A DNA stretch of 47,567 bases from Bdellovibrionota bacterium (lineage in GTDB: Bacteria; Bdellovibrionota; UBA2394). The DNA lies in assembly GCA_049436045.1 (NCBI GenBank), contig JBMTHG010000001.1, positions 1 to 47,567 of the forward strand, in the 5' to 3' direction. The notes beneath the pieces are model-generated. The model had not been told where the DNA came from, made no database searches, and saw only the letters and a list, made by a program, of their open reading frames with translations. Below, piece after piece: positions 7,973 through 17,221 of this stretch. Both the position numbers and the translations under genes were made by a program. Within the stretch, counting starts at the first letter, position 1, and every line of letters starts with the position of its first letter.

Positions 7973-8514
7973 AAGGTTATTACCCCCCTTTGGGATCCGA
8001 AAATTTCTGAAGACTCATGAATGCTACAGATCACTAGGCTATCTTGGCTTTTTTTTGTTAGCGCTGTCTGCATTTCCTCTTTCGTAGGGCCATCAAGATG
8101 AGTAAATCCCTCGTCAATCAGATAGGCTGGAGAATTCCATTCTAGCAACATGAGAAACTCCATTTTTTTTCTTTGGCCGAGACTCAAATCTTTTAGTCGA
8201 CGATTTCGATAGGGGCTTGCGGCAGACGGAAGGGCTCTTTTTTCTGACTGAAGTCGTGAAAAGTAGTTCCAGTTTTCGAGGCAAGTCCATTCATTGAAGA
8301 AAAATCCCTCTGCTCCCAGATACAGACAAGAGGCGGGGCGCTCCTCAATCTTTCCTTCATAATTTTTAATCCGCCCCATGAGAAGCCGAAGCAAGCTCGT
8401 TTTTCCCGCGCCATTTCGACCTTGAATAAAGTATAAGCCAGTTTTCTCAAACCCGAAGTTGATCGGACCTAAATTAAACTGATTTCTCTTGTAATGAAGA
8501 TTTATGAGTTTCAT
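7969..8514 (-). CDS. ccmA: Heme exporter ATP-binding protein CcmA-like
   Basis: Walker A GRNGAGKTS, signature LSLGQRKK and Walker B YLIDEGFTHLD are present. ATG 8514 has AAGGA 5 nt upstream, whereas the track start at 8559 is a TTG. Confidence 0.75.
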   Translation of the reverse strand: MKLINLHYKRNQFNLGPINFGFEKTGLYFIQGRNGAGKTSLLRLLMGRIKNYEGKIEERPASCLYLGAEGFFFNEWTCLENWNYFSRLQSEKRALPSAASPYRNRRLKDLSLGQRKKMEFLMLLEWNSPAYLIDEGFTHLDGPTKEEMQTALTKKSQDSLVICSIHESSEIFGSQRGVITL

Positions 8515-9544
8515 AAAAATCCTTGTCGAAAAAAGGAAGCAGTTGCTCCACCAAATCAAGCTTTCTCAGCCGGTAGGTTTTTTCATCGAGGCTTGATGAC
8601 TCATAGAGCCGGTGTAAATAAGTCCACTCCTCAATGAGGTCTTTAAAATCTTTTGAGGCTTCAGTTCGTTTTGATTCATTCTGAGGAATCAAAAGACTAA
8701 AGAGTAGGGCGATGCTCAGAGCCAGCGGAAACCACCAAGTCCAAGGAATGTTCAATGGAAGCCCTGAAAGCTGAACTGTAAATTCAGATGAATCAGGCTT
8801 GCTCAGATAAACTCTTCGAAGCTCTCCGGCATAAAATTTTTCAAACGAAGACTCAATTTTTGGATCATTGAATCGAATGTTCGAGCTGTTCGAAAGTAGC
8901 GATAGGTTTCTGACTGGCAACGAAAAGCTTTGTGCCAGCTCCAGACTCCAGCGTGGTGAATCGACGGAGTATTGAAACGAGAAATAGGAGTCTCCTGGGT
9001 AAAGAGGGCGCTTGATCAAAACAGAATTGCCCTGATTCTCAACTTCTCCTCGTTGAAAGCCCTCTCCATAGCGAAAGTCAAAAGCCGAATTCGGAACCAT
9101 AAAACTAAAAACTGCATCATTTTCGGCCGATCTTACGCTGGAGCCTGAGCTATTTTTCACCCAAAAACTTTGATGAACAATGAGGTCTTTTCCTCGGACT
9201 TCAAAGTAGATGCTGGCATCAAAAATTTCGAGAGATTCTTTGGAAAGTGTTGATGGATAAACTTCAAATCGATGTGGTTGAGTGGGCTTTGATTTTGTAG
9301 AAACCGCGGGCGAGAGATACGCCACATCTTCATAAACAGTTCCTGCAAAAACAAAAGGATTCGTCTCAGCATCGACTTCAAAGCGAACGACGCCTTTTGC
9401 ATTCGTTTTTCCTCTGCCCATGCCCTCTGCGCGAGAGTTCACTAAAACAACTTCTTGATTCGAAACAGGGCGCTCATTTGAAATGAGTTGCCATTCTACA
9501 GTCGATCCTAAAAGAAGTAGAGAAAGGGCGGTGCTAAGTAACAT
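8474..9544 (-). CDS. Uncharacterised bitopic protein inside the ccm operon: signal peptide, about 270-aa periplasmic part, one TM, then a helical cytoplasmic tail
   Basis: It starts MLLSTALSLLLLGS and has an N-terminal stretch VVLVNSRAEGMGRGKTNAKGVVRFEV resembling a carboxypeptidase-regulatory-like fold. The TM is WWFPLALSIALLFSLLIP and the tail contains DLIEEWTYLHRLYESSSLDEKTYRLRKLDLVEQLL. Confidence 0.6.
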   Translation of the reverse strand: MLLSTALSLLLLGSTVEWQLISNERPVSNQEVVLVNSRAEGMGRGKTNAKGVVRFEVDAETNPFVFAGTVYEDVAYLSPAVSTKSKPTQPHRFEVYPSTLSKESLEIFDASIYFEVRGKDLIVHQSFWVKNSSGSSVRSAENDAVFSFMVPNSAFDFRYGEGFQRGEVENQGNSVLIKRPLYPGDSYFSFQYSVDSPRWSLELAQSFSLPVRNLSLLSNSSNIRFNDPKIESSFEKFYAGELRRVYLSKPDSSEFTVQLSGLPLNIPWTWWFPLALSIALLFSLLIPQNESKRTEASKDFKDLIEEWTYLHRLYESSSLDEKTYRLRKLDLVEQLLPFFDKDFYETHKSSLQEKSV

Positions 9545-9884
9545 TTTGAAACTCAGATTCTTTCTGTTTAATCCATTTGAAAAAATCAGCTTGTGATTCT
9601 ATTAATTTCAAATCTTCATTCAAAGAAACAGCCGATTTCAAAAGCCGATCTCTCAGACCGTCATAATCTCTGGCATCCATTTTGTCGGTTCGAAAATCGA
9701 GCTCTAGGTCCTTTAAATTCTCCATGATGATTTCGCGATTTTGAACTTGCGATTGATAATCATTGAGAAATTTCTGCGCGAGGCTTGAAAAAGGAGGCTT
9801 GGGAGTGTTGAGCCATGGAAAGAAAACATAGAGCAAACTCAGACCTCCAAAAAGCAAAATGAAGCTAAACAACTCTAAGCTCAC
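9534..9884 (-). CDS. Small membrane-anchored protein resembling the CcmI N-terminal module
   Basis: A GTG at 9884 overlaps the ccmF TGA (TTGGTGA) and has GGAG 6 nt upstream. One TM is followed by LKDLELDFRTDKMDARDYDGLRDRLLKSA, which resembles the EL..D...G.L...Y...R..L..LL stretch of CcmI. Confidence 0.5.
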   Translation of the reverse strand: MSLELFSFILLFGGLSLLYVFFPWLNTPKPPFSSLAQKFLNDYQSQVQNREIIMENLKDLELDFRTDKMDARDYDGLRDRLLKSAVSLNEDLKLIESQADFFKWIKQKESEFQNVT

Positions 9885-11845
9885 CAAGTTCTCCGTGAAA
9901 TGCTCGGTAGCATACTCATTAAGCCTCCTAAAATTAGCACAAGGCCCCCGATCCAAAGCCAGGCGATGAAGGGTTGAAGTAAGACTCGTATTCGAACACT
10001 TTCATCTGCTGGGTTAACCCCGCCTAAAATGAAATAAACATCCTCCTTCCATCGAGAATAAATATCGACTTCTGTCGACGGCTGCTCTTGAGCTTTGTAA
10101 AAAAAACGAGCGGGTTTCACCTCGGCTTTTTTCTCTCCATTTACAAAAAGATCAACCAAAGCAAGAGTCTCAATTTGATTTGGTTTGTCATATTGCTTCA
10201 AATCTTGAAATTGAATTTCATATTCTTTGAATTGAGCACTTTGCCCTGGCTTCAGATCAAACTCAAAAACATCTTTATAAACGGCTCCTGCGATTCCCAC
10301 AAAAATCAGAACGATTCCCAAGTGAACAATGTAGCCTCCATACTTGCGATGATTCTTAATGCTGATTCGAATCATGGCCGTGAGAGGATTTTCTTTGTAG
10401 CTGAGCATTCTCGCTCGAGCCCCTCGATAAAATTCCATCACGATCGTGGTCACAACAAAGCCTACGCCAAACGCAGTGGCCAAAACATACCACTCCCACA
10501 ATTCGATCAAAGCGATGAAAACCATTGATAAAAGTCCTACAACAATCGGGGCCACGAAGTTGCGCTTCAGATTGCTTGATGAAGCCTTTCGCCAAGCGAT
10601 GACGGGCCCAATACCGGTCAAGATCAGAAGGGCGATTCCAAAAGGCGCTAAGATTTTATTGAAAAATGGTGGGCCGACAACAATTCGAGTTCCAATAATC
10701 AGCTCACTCGCTGAAGGAAAGAGGGTTGACCATAAAATGATGAAGGCAGATCCAACGAGCACGATATTGTTGACGACAAAGGCGCTCTCTTTCGAAAGAA
10801 AAGATTCAAAAATATTTTCGCTTCGAAGCTCTGAGCGTCGTTTCCAAATCCAATAGCCTGAAAAAACAAGACAGATTGCCAGAAAAACTAAAAAGAAAAT
10901 TCCAGTTTCTGAACTCGCGAAGCTGTGAACACTTTGCACCACTCCCGATCGAGTCAAATAGGTGCCTAGAATGGTTAATGCAAAACTCAAAACGATGAGA
11001 TGCATATTCCAAAACTTTAACATCCCGCGCTTTTCTTGAATCATGACAGAGTGAAGAAAGGCCGAAGACGTAAACCACGGAAGAATGGCAGCGTTTTCCA
11101 CTGGGTCCCATCCCCAAAATCCACCCCACCCAAGTTCAACATAAGCCCACTGAGCCCCAAGCAAATTCCCGATGGATAAAAAGAACCAAGCCAAAAGACT
11201 CCAGAGACGAGAGGCCACGATCCAGCGGTTTCCGAGCTGACCGCTAATCAACGCGGCTAATGCAAAACAAAAGGGAACCGACATTCCCACGAAGCCAAGA
11301 TAGAGCGTTGGGGGGTGAATCGCCATACTTGGATTTTGTAGAAGTGGGTTGAGGCCGCGCCCATCTGGAGGCGCTGAAGGAAAGACCGAAAATGGATTGT
11401 CGGCGTAAAGAATTAAGCACGAAAAAAATGCCAAGATGCCGCCAAAAACTGGCACCATATAGGGAATCAGGGCCCGATCAACACGTCGATGCAAAAATAA
11501 ACAAGTGGAAGCATAGATACAGGCAATCCAAAGCCAAAACAAAAGGCTTCCATCTTGGCCTCCCCAAAGGGCCGTGATTTTGTAGATGTTCGGCATGTCT
11601 CGATTGGAATAGGCGTAGACGTAGCGAAGCAAAAAGTGATCGTCTAAAAAAGCCACCCAAAGAATGATTACTGATAAGCTGATCAAGATGGCGCCTGCAT
11701 AAATCGCTCGCAGAGAGCTTTCGACAACGCGAGGCTTTGACTGTTTGATTCCTAAAATCGATCCGAAGATGCTGAAAAGAAAAAAGCCCAGGGACAAAGC
11801 TAAAAGAAATTGACCTGCCTGCGCTAGAAAAAGAGATGAAAACAC
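9881..11845 (-). CDS. ccmF: Cytochrome c-type biogenesis protein CcmF (heme lyase subunit)
   Basis: A 654-aa polytopic protein with the WWD motif GWGGFWGWDPVENAAILPW. It uses a GTG start. Confidence 0.9.
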   Translation of the reverse strand: MFSSLFLAQAGQFLLALSLGFFLFSIFGSILGIKQSKPRVVESSLRAIYAGAILISLSVIILWVAFLDDHFLLRYVYAYSNRDMPNIYKITALWGGQDGSLLFWLWIACIYASTCLFLHRRVDRALIPYMVPVFGGILAFFSCLILYADNPFSVFPSAPPDGRGLNPLLQNPSMAIHPPTLYLGFVGMSVPFCFALAALISGQLGNRWIVASRLWSLLAWFFLSIGNLLGAQWAYVELGWGGFWGWDPVENAAILPWFTSSAFLHSVMIQEKRGMLKFWNMHLIVLSFALTILGTYLTRSGVVQSVHSFASSETGIFFLVFLAICLVFSGYWIWKRRSELRSENIFESFLSKESAFVVNNIVLVGSAFIILWSTLFPSASELIIGTRIVVGPPFFNKILAPFGIALLILTGIGPVIAWRKASSSNLKRNFVAPIVVGLLSMVFIALIELWEWYVLATAFGVGFVVTTIVMEFYRGARARMLSYKENPLTAMIRISIKNHRKYGGYIVHLGIVLIFVGIAGAVYKDVFEFDLKPGQSAQFKEYEIQFQDLKQYDKPNQIETLALVDLFVNGEKKAEVKPARFFYKAQEQPSTEVDIYSRWKEDVYFILGGVNPADESVRIRVLLQPFIAWLWIGGLVLILGGLMSMLPSISRRTW

Positions 11846-11913
11846 CTCATAAAATTACTCGAAAGATTTCGAGGAAGAAAGCCAGAAAGGTCTTCTGCTA
11901 TAAATTTTAGCGA

Positions 11914-12351
11914 CTAATAACCTTGCTTTTGATTTTCAAGGTTCGGCATTTGACCGACTTCATATTTAGAGGCGCATTTTGCCATCAGTTTTTGAGCTTC
12001 AAAGGCTTCGTTAAGCGAGCCTCTTCCTTCGACGACGACTTCAACGCCCTCTTTGAAAGTGTCGGGTGGCAAGCCTCTATAAATGACAGGAAGACTTTCT
12101 CCGCCAAATTCAATTTCAAACTCATAACTCTGATTTTCGGTTCGAAGACTGTCTGCGCGCACGATTCCCGCGATTTTGACATAGCGATCTTCAAAGCCTT
12201 CTCTCTTTTTTACGTATTCATCGGTCGTGAGATAATATTGAAAGCTTCCCTCGACCGCCTTGAGTGCAAATCCGCCGGCCACAACAACGATCACAAGACC
12301 CGCAATAATCCAAAACCAAGGAACCGTCTTCGAACTTCTCTCTTGTGCCAT
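11914..12351 (-). CDS. ccmE: Heme chaperone CcmE, variant with Cys in place of the heme-binding His (CxxxY)
   Basis: There is an N-terminal TM anchor and an OB-fold region IAGIVRADSL...LPVIYRGLPPDTFKEGVEVVVEG. The C-terminal LMAKCASKYEV aligns with E. coli LAKHDENYTPPEV. I chose the MAQ start at 12351 because the track start at 12399 would overlap the divergent gene. Confidence 0.85.
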   Translation of the reverse strand: MAQERSSKTVPWFWIIAGLVIVVVAGGFALKAVEGSFQYYLTTDEYVKKREGFEDRYVKIAGIVRADSLRTENQSYEFEIEFGGESLPVIYRGLPPDTFKEGVEVVVEGRGSLNEAFEAQKLMAKCASKYEVGQMPNLENQKQGY

Positions 12352-12380
12352 GAACCCCATTATGCCATGACTAGGGTTCC

Positions 12381-13424
12381 ATGAACAATCTGAAGGCATT
12401 GAAACTTTCTGAAATTTCGCCTTTAGGCCCTGAGATTCGGGCAGAGTTTGAAAAAGCCATCGATTTAATGCGAAAAGCTCGCCGGATTTTGATTTCGAGC
12501 ACGCTCACCGCCGATGGAGACTCGATCGGAGCTCAGATTGGTGTTTTATATTTTTTTAAAGCTTTGGGAAAAAAAGATTCTGATATTCGAATCGTCAATC
12601 ATACGAAGGTTCCAGATCGATATAGTTTTTTGTCGGAAGTGGAGAAAATTCAGGAACTGAATTCGGCAGATCCCACAGACTTACAAAATTTTGATCTTGG
12701 TATTGTGTGCGATGGCGGGGTGGAAAGAACCGGTAGTGTCGCTCCTTTGTTTGACTCCATCAAAGACTGCATATTGATTGACCACCACGTCGTCGGAAGC
12801 CAGCGGGATTACAGCGCAAAGCTGTTGGATCTGACAGCCTCAAGCACTTGTGAGATCGTTTTTAATTTGTTTGATGTGGGCAATGTCAAACTTTCAAAAG
12901 AAGTCGCAGAGCAGCTCTATTTGGGGATTGTTTTTGATACGGGATTTTTTAAACATTCGCTCACTACTCCAAGAACTCATCAGGTGGCCGCTGAGTTGAT
13001 TCGTACGGGTATTGATTTTTCTCAGCTATCTGATCGAGCCTTGTTAGAGCGCACATGGTCTGCTCAGCTTTTGCTTCTTAAGCTATTGCAAAACATGGAA
13101 CGGCACTTTGCTGATCAGTTAATTCTTTCTTCATGGTCTCAATCGGAACTTTTGGAGATTAATTTTAAAGATGGCGACCAAGAGGGAATGATCAATCAGC
13201 TCTATTTCACTCAGGGAGTGAAAGTTGTGGCCTTGATCACGGAGATTTCACCTACAAGTTGTAAGATTTCATTTCGAAGCAAGGGTGATTTCAATGTGGC
13301 CGACCTAGCTCGCTCTATTGATCCTGAAGGGGGCGGACATAAGCGTGCCGCTGGCTGCTCTTTGCAAAAATCGATGGCCGAAGCAAAGGCCTTGGTAAAA
13401 GAAAAAATAGAGCCTTTGCTTTAA
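12381..13424 (+). CDS. DHH/DHHA1 phosphoesterase (NrnA-like nanoRNase/pAp phosphatase)
   Basis: Motifs DGDSIGA, GIVCDGG, LIDHHV and DTGFF are present, plus the DHHA1 motif GGGHKRAAG. Confidence 0.8.
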   Translation: MNNLKALKLSEISPLGPEIRAEFEKAIDLMRKARRILISSTLTADGDSIGAQIGVLYFFKALGKKDSDIRIVNHTKVPDRYSFLSEVEKIQELNSADPTDLQNFDLGIVCDGGVERTGSVAPLFDSIKDCILIDHHVVGSQRDYSAKLLDLTASSTCEIVFNLFDVGNVKLSKEVAEQLYLGIVFDTGFFKHSLTTPRTHQVAAELIRTGIDFSQLSDRALLERTWSAQLLLLKLLQNMERHFADQLILSSWSQSELLEINFKDGDQEGMINQLYFTQGVKVVALITEISPTSCKISFRSKGDFNVADLARSIDPEGGGHKRAAGCSLQKSMAEAKALVKEKIEPLL

Positions 13425-13446
13425 TTACGTCTCTAGGCGGTTCAAC

Positions 13447-13863
13447 TTATCGGAGCCGTCGTTCAATTTCTTCGAGCACTTCGTTTGACTCAGCAGACTT
13501 TTCATTCGTTAGAGAGCTTGAAACTGGCTTTGTGCGCTTTCTCCAATAAATCGCGATTAGAATCGCTGCGATTAAAAAAGCAATCCATGGGATCATATAG
13601 GCGAGTTGCCCTCGGCCTTGGGTCTCGGGTTCCATCCGAAGTTGATTGCCATACCGAGACCGCAGGGAAGCTTTGATCTCAGCAATCGACTTTCCAGATT
13701 CAAACTCTACACGAATCGAGTCTCTCAGTTCTTCAGCTTTAGAGCTCGGACATTCGAGTAGCGAGATGCCTTTGCAATAAGGGCTCCAAATATTTTTCAT
13801 GAGATCGTTTAAATCTTCTCGAGGCGAACTAATAAGCGTTAGCAGGAATATCAGTTTGATCAC
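13447..13863 (-). CDS. CcmH/CycL/NrfF-family-like protein lacking the canonical CXXC
   Basis: The stretch YCKGISLLECPSSKAEELRDSIRVEFESGKSIAEIKASLRSRYGNQLRMEP followed by a TM helix matches CcmH architecture, but the cysteines are spaced C-x7-C. It uses a GTG start. Confidence 0.45.
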   Translation of the reverse strand: MIKLIFLLTLISSPREDLNDLMKNIWSPYCKGISLLECPSSKAEELRDSIRVEFESGKSIAEIKASLRSRYGNQLRMEPETQGRGQLAYMIPWIAFLIAAILIAIYWRKRTKPVSSSLTNEKSAESNEVLEEIERRLR

Positions 13864-13925
13864 AGGCTGAGAATAACCGGTTCGAATTCGAAAGGCCAGT
13901 TTTCTTGTTTTTCGAGACCTCTAGC

Positions 13926-14801
13926 TTAATTGAGCGGAAAACTATCCGCAGACGCTGAATCGGAGTTGGCATCTAAGAGTTCAGCAAGCTCTCGAACACT
14001 CTTTGAAAGCTTGGCATCTTCATCGCTCGTGATGCTGATGTTCTTTTTGAATCTTGTCGCCAGATCTTTTGGTTTTTGACTCAAAACACTTTTTAAAGTC
14101 TTCAAATACTCTGGCCAAATTTTTGATCGCAACTCCACAGAATCAATTTCAAGCATGAAGCCCACGATGGGTTGATGAATGTCATTTAAAAACTCGGATG
14201 AGCTTACAAAATTTCTAAATTGTGCATCGCTCATTTTCGAAACCTTAGCTTTTAACTCCTTAAAGCTATTCTTGCCCAATTCGCGAACCTTTTTGAAAAG
14301 TGCTTGGTCTTTATCTGCTAAAAATTCTTCGAGTTGGCCCACTTGTTTTTTTAGCAACTCCAGTCGCAAGCTCTCAGAATCCAGTTTTAAAATTAGGTCG
14401 AGACCTTTTTTGAGGCGGTCAAAACTCGCAATCTCGGTCTCTACACTTTTGATTTCATTTTTAATCTCCGACCGCAATTCTAGAGTCTTCGCATAAGTCT
14501 CTTCGTCTAATATCTTATGAACTTCTTTTTCCCACTCTAAACTAATTTGCGTTCGAGAAAGAGGCCAAAGCATTCGCTGAGTACTGAGCATGATCGGCTC
14601 AAGAAATCGATCGTAAACGAGTGAAGATTGACGAAGCTGTTCGAGGCGACCAAAAGATTCCGCTGATTGAATGCTTTTTTTCAATTCCGTTTTGAGCGAA
14701 ATCTGATTGGCTTCAATTTCTTGATGCAAAATCCACTCACGCGCAATTGCTGCCGATACAAGAATCGTGATCCCCACCAAGCTAAAAATCCATGATTTCA
14801 T
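13926..14801 (-). CDS. Membrane-anchored coiled-coil protein, function unknown
   Basis: An N-terminal TM (WIFSLVGITILVSAAIA) is followed by a long Glu/Lys/Leu-rich helical region. It lies in an operon with ppsR. Confidence 0.55.
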   Translation of the reverse strand: MKSWIFSLVGITILVSAAIAREWILHQEIEANQISLKTELKKSIQSAESFGRLEQLRQSSLVYDRFLEPIMLSTQRMLWPLSRTQISLEWEKEVHKILDEETYAKTLELRSEIKNEIKSVETEIASFDRLKKGLDLILKLDSESLRLELLKKQVGQLEEFLADKDQALFKKVRELGKNSFKELKAKVSKMSDAQFRNFVSSSEFLNDIHQPIVGFMLEIDSVELRSKIWPEYLKTLKSVLSQKPKDLATRFKKNISITSDEDAKLSKSVRELAELLDANSDSASADSFPLN

Positions 14802-14810
14802 AAAACTATT

Positions 14811-15656
14811 TTACCCTTCTTTTCGTTGAATGAGTAAAAGTATTTCGCTCGCGGTCTCTTCAATTGCTTTATCTGTGACGTCAATGATCGGCCAACTGTG
14901 TCGACGAGCCATTTTCTGCGAAGCTTCTAATTCGTCTTTGATGCGGAGCACGTCGGTGTATTCATTTTCGCTTTGATTAAACTTACCAAGATTGCTTACT
15001 CTCGATTTTCGAATTCTCTCTAGGTCTGAGAATTGAATACTTAAGCAAATCACAGGAACTCCTAATTTTTGAGCTTCAAAAATTTCAAGAGCAGGTTCAA
15101 TGCCGGGCACCAAAGGAACGTTGGCAACACGAAAGCCTTTGTGAGCAAGATAAATAGATGTTGGAGTTTTTGAACTTCGAGAAACTCCAACCAAAACAAT
15201 GTCGGCAAGATGCAAATCTTGGAGACGCATTCCGTCATCATGCTTGACCGTAAACTCAATCGCTTCGACTCTTTCAAAATAACCGAGAGATCGAGTGGAA
15301 TGAAGGGCGCCTGTTTGCTCTGAAGGATCAATTTTCAAAAAATCTGAAAAGATTTCTACAGCGGGGTAGAGAAGATCAATGCCAATCAGCTGTTTTTCTC
15401 GAATAACTCCCCATGCTAGTTTTCTCAATTTTTCAGAGGCAAAGGTATAGGCGATGAGATAGGGAGGTTTGAAGCGCTCTAGTGCATTTCGTAGATCCAT
15501 CTCTGATTTTACGCTAGGGATCCGAATGATCGGAGAATCTTCTTTTTGAAACTGAGCCATAACGGCCTGAACAAAAGCTTCTGCGGTTTCTCCGGTGCCA
15601 TCAGAGAGAATGGCCACTCGATTTGAAAGTATATTTTGATTTTTAGAATTTTTCAT
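14811..15656 (-). CDS. ppsR: Pyruvate,phosphate dikinase / PEP synthase regulatory protein (DUF299 kinase-pyrophosphorylase)
   Basis: VAILSDGTGETAEAF and the P-loop region IVLVGVSRSSKTPTSIYLAHKGFRVANVPLV are present. Confidence 0.85.
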   Translation of the reverse strand: MKNSKNQNILSNRVAILSDGTGETAEAFVQAVMAQFQKEDSPIIRIPSVKSEMDLRNALERFKPPYLIAYTFASEKLRKLAWGVIREKQLIGIDLLYPAVEIFSDFLKIDPSEQTGALHSTRSLGYFERVEAIEFTVKHDDGMRLQDLHLADIVLVGVSRSSKTPTSIYLAHKGFRVANVPLVPGIEPALEIFEAQKLGVPVICLSIQFSDLERIRKSRVSNLGKFNQSENEYTDVLRIKDELEASQKMARRHSWPIIDVTDKAIEETASEILLLIQRKEG

Positions 15657-17221
15657 TTCTTACTGAACTCAAAATCTCGCTCGTAATCGACTTTCGTTTT
15701 TTGCCAGATAGAATCAAACTCAGCTTCACTCCAGCCCAACTCTTTCTGAAAAACTCGTGCGACCACTTCAGCGATACTCTGTGAATTTGATTCATAATAA
15801 ACAGAACTTCGACGCCGCAAAAAATCGAGAGGCTCTAGAGCCATCTCATAATAAATGCTGTAAAGAATCTCTGAAAACAAATGGGGAAGAGATCGACTTA
15901 TTTTCTTCTGATGAAGAGAGTTTTGTGAGTCTAACTCAAGCACGTCAGAAGCATACACTCCATAGGTCTTCTCAAGTCGATCAGGGGTTGAGTTGTCTAT
16001 CAAATCTCCTTGAAGATATTTTTCATCGGTTAGACTTGGGTAAGATATCTCTAAACTTTTACAGATTGAATCGATAGCTTCTTGTGCCATTAGCCGATGA
16101 CTGGTCAACTTGCCGCCTAGAAGATGAAAGAATCCAGAGGGGTTTTCTTCAAGTTGATGCTCACGAGAAATATCGGCATTCGAGTCGGAGCTCTCAGGCT
16201 GAATCAAGGGGCGAACGGCGGCCCAAGATTGAATGACATCTTTTTCATCTAAGGGAAGCTGAAAATAATTTCGAGCAACGCCTAAGACATACTCCAAATC
16301 ATTCCTCGTGGCTTGAGAGGCATCAGGATTTTCAATGTCAGTATCGGTAGTGCCAAGATAACTGATGTTTTCCCAAGGAATCGCAAACAAAATGCGTTTC
16401 TTCTCCGGATCAGATAAAACAAAAGCTCGATCAAGCGGCAGCTTTTCTCTCGGAAAAATGAAATGAACGCCTTGAGTGAGATGCAAGCGAGGGGGAAGGT
16501 TTAGCATCTTTTTAATCTGGTCAGAGAATGGGCCGGCACAGTTTAAGACTTTTTTCGCTGTGAAGCGGTAAGTTTCGTTTTTGATTTCATCGTGAGCCTC
16601 TAGAAGAAAGCCATCATTTTGTGCAGCTCCGCTCACAAAACCCAGTCGAGAAACACAGGTGGCGCCCTCATGTATAGCGCTTTTGATGAGTTCGATCACC
16701 AATCGGTAATCTTCGGTGAAGCTATCTTGATAGATAAGAGCTCCCGTTAGATTCTCAGACTTCAGATAGGGGAATCGTCTCTTCACCTCCTCTTTTGAAA
16801 TCGATTGATGAGATTTTTTGAAAAAAGAAAACGAATCATAAAGACTAAGCCCAAGCCTGAGGAGCCACTTCGAGGGGTAGCGCCCTTTATAAGTTGGGAA
16901 GACAAAGTCAATGTCTTGAACGAAGGGAAAATAGAGTTTCTTTAAGAGCTCTCGCTCTTGAATCGCATGAAATACTAAATTGAAAGCCTTATGCTCTAGA
17001 TATCGAATTCCTCCGTGAATCAATTTTGAAGATCCCGAACTCGTGCCAGAAGAAAAATCTTTGGATTCCAGCAGCAAAACTTTTAGGCCGCGAAGCGCGG
17101 CATCGCGAGCACACGCGGCGCCAGATATTCCTCCTCCGATGATACAAAGATCCCATTCAGAGCCTTCTAGGCTACTCAGAAATTTTTCTCGGGTTCGAAA
17201 AGAAAACTCAGCGCTTTTCAT
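15653..17221 (-). CDS. glpD: FAD-dependent glycerol-3-phosphate dehydrogenase
   Basis: DLCIIGGGISGAACARDAALRGLKVLLLE...GTSSGSSKLIHGGIRYLE is present. The gene has a 4-nt overlap with ppsR. Confidence 0.85.
   Translation of the reverse strand: MKSAEFSFRTREKFLSSLEGSEWDLCIIGGGISGAACARDAALRGLKVLLLESKDFSSGTSSGSSKLIHGGIRYLEHKAFNLVFHAIQERELLKKLYFPFVQDIDFVFPTYKGRYPSKWLLRLGLSLYDSFSFFKKSHQSISKEEVKRRFPYLKSENLTGALIYQDSFTEDYRLVIELIKSAIHEGATCVSRLGFVSGAAQNDGFLLEAHDEIKNETYRFTAKKVLNCAGPFSDQIKKMLNLPPRLHLTQGVHFIFPREKLPLDRAFVLSDPEKKRILFAIPWENISYLGTTDTDIENPDASQATRNDLEYVLGVARNYFQLPLDEKDVIQSWAAVRPLIQPESSDSNADISREHQLEENPSGFFHLLGGKLTSHRLMAQEAIDSICKSLEISYPSLTDEKYLQGDLIDNSTPDRLEKTYGVYASDVLELDSQNSLHQKKISRSLPHLFSEILYSIYYEMALEPLDFLRRRSSVYYESNSQSIAEVVARVFQKELGWSEAEFDSIWQKTKVDYERDFEFSKK

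Noticed and set aside
13879-13892. GGTTCGAAT T-loop-like sequence within the 12-bp palindrome TTCGAATTCGAA.
   Set aside because: No acceptor, D or anticodon arms can be drawn around it, so it is not a tRNA. It is probably just an intergenic palindrome.
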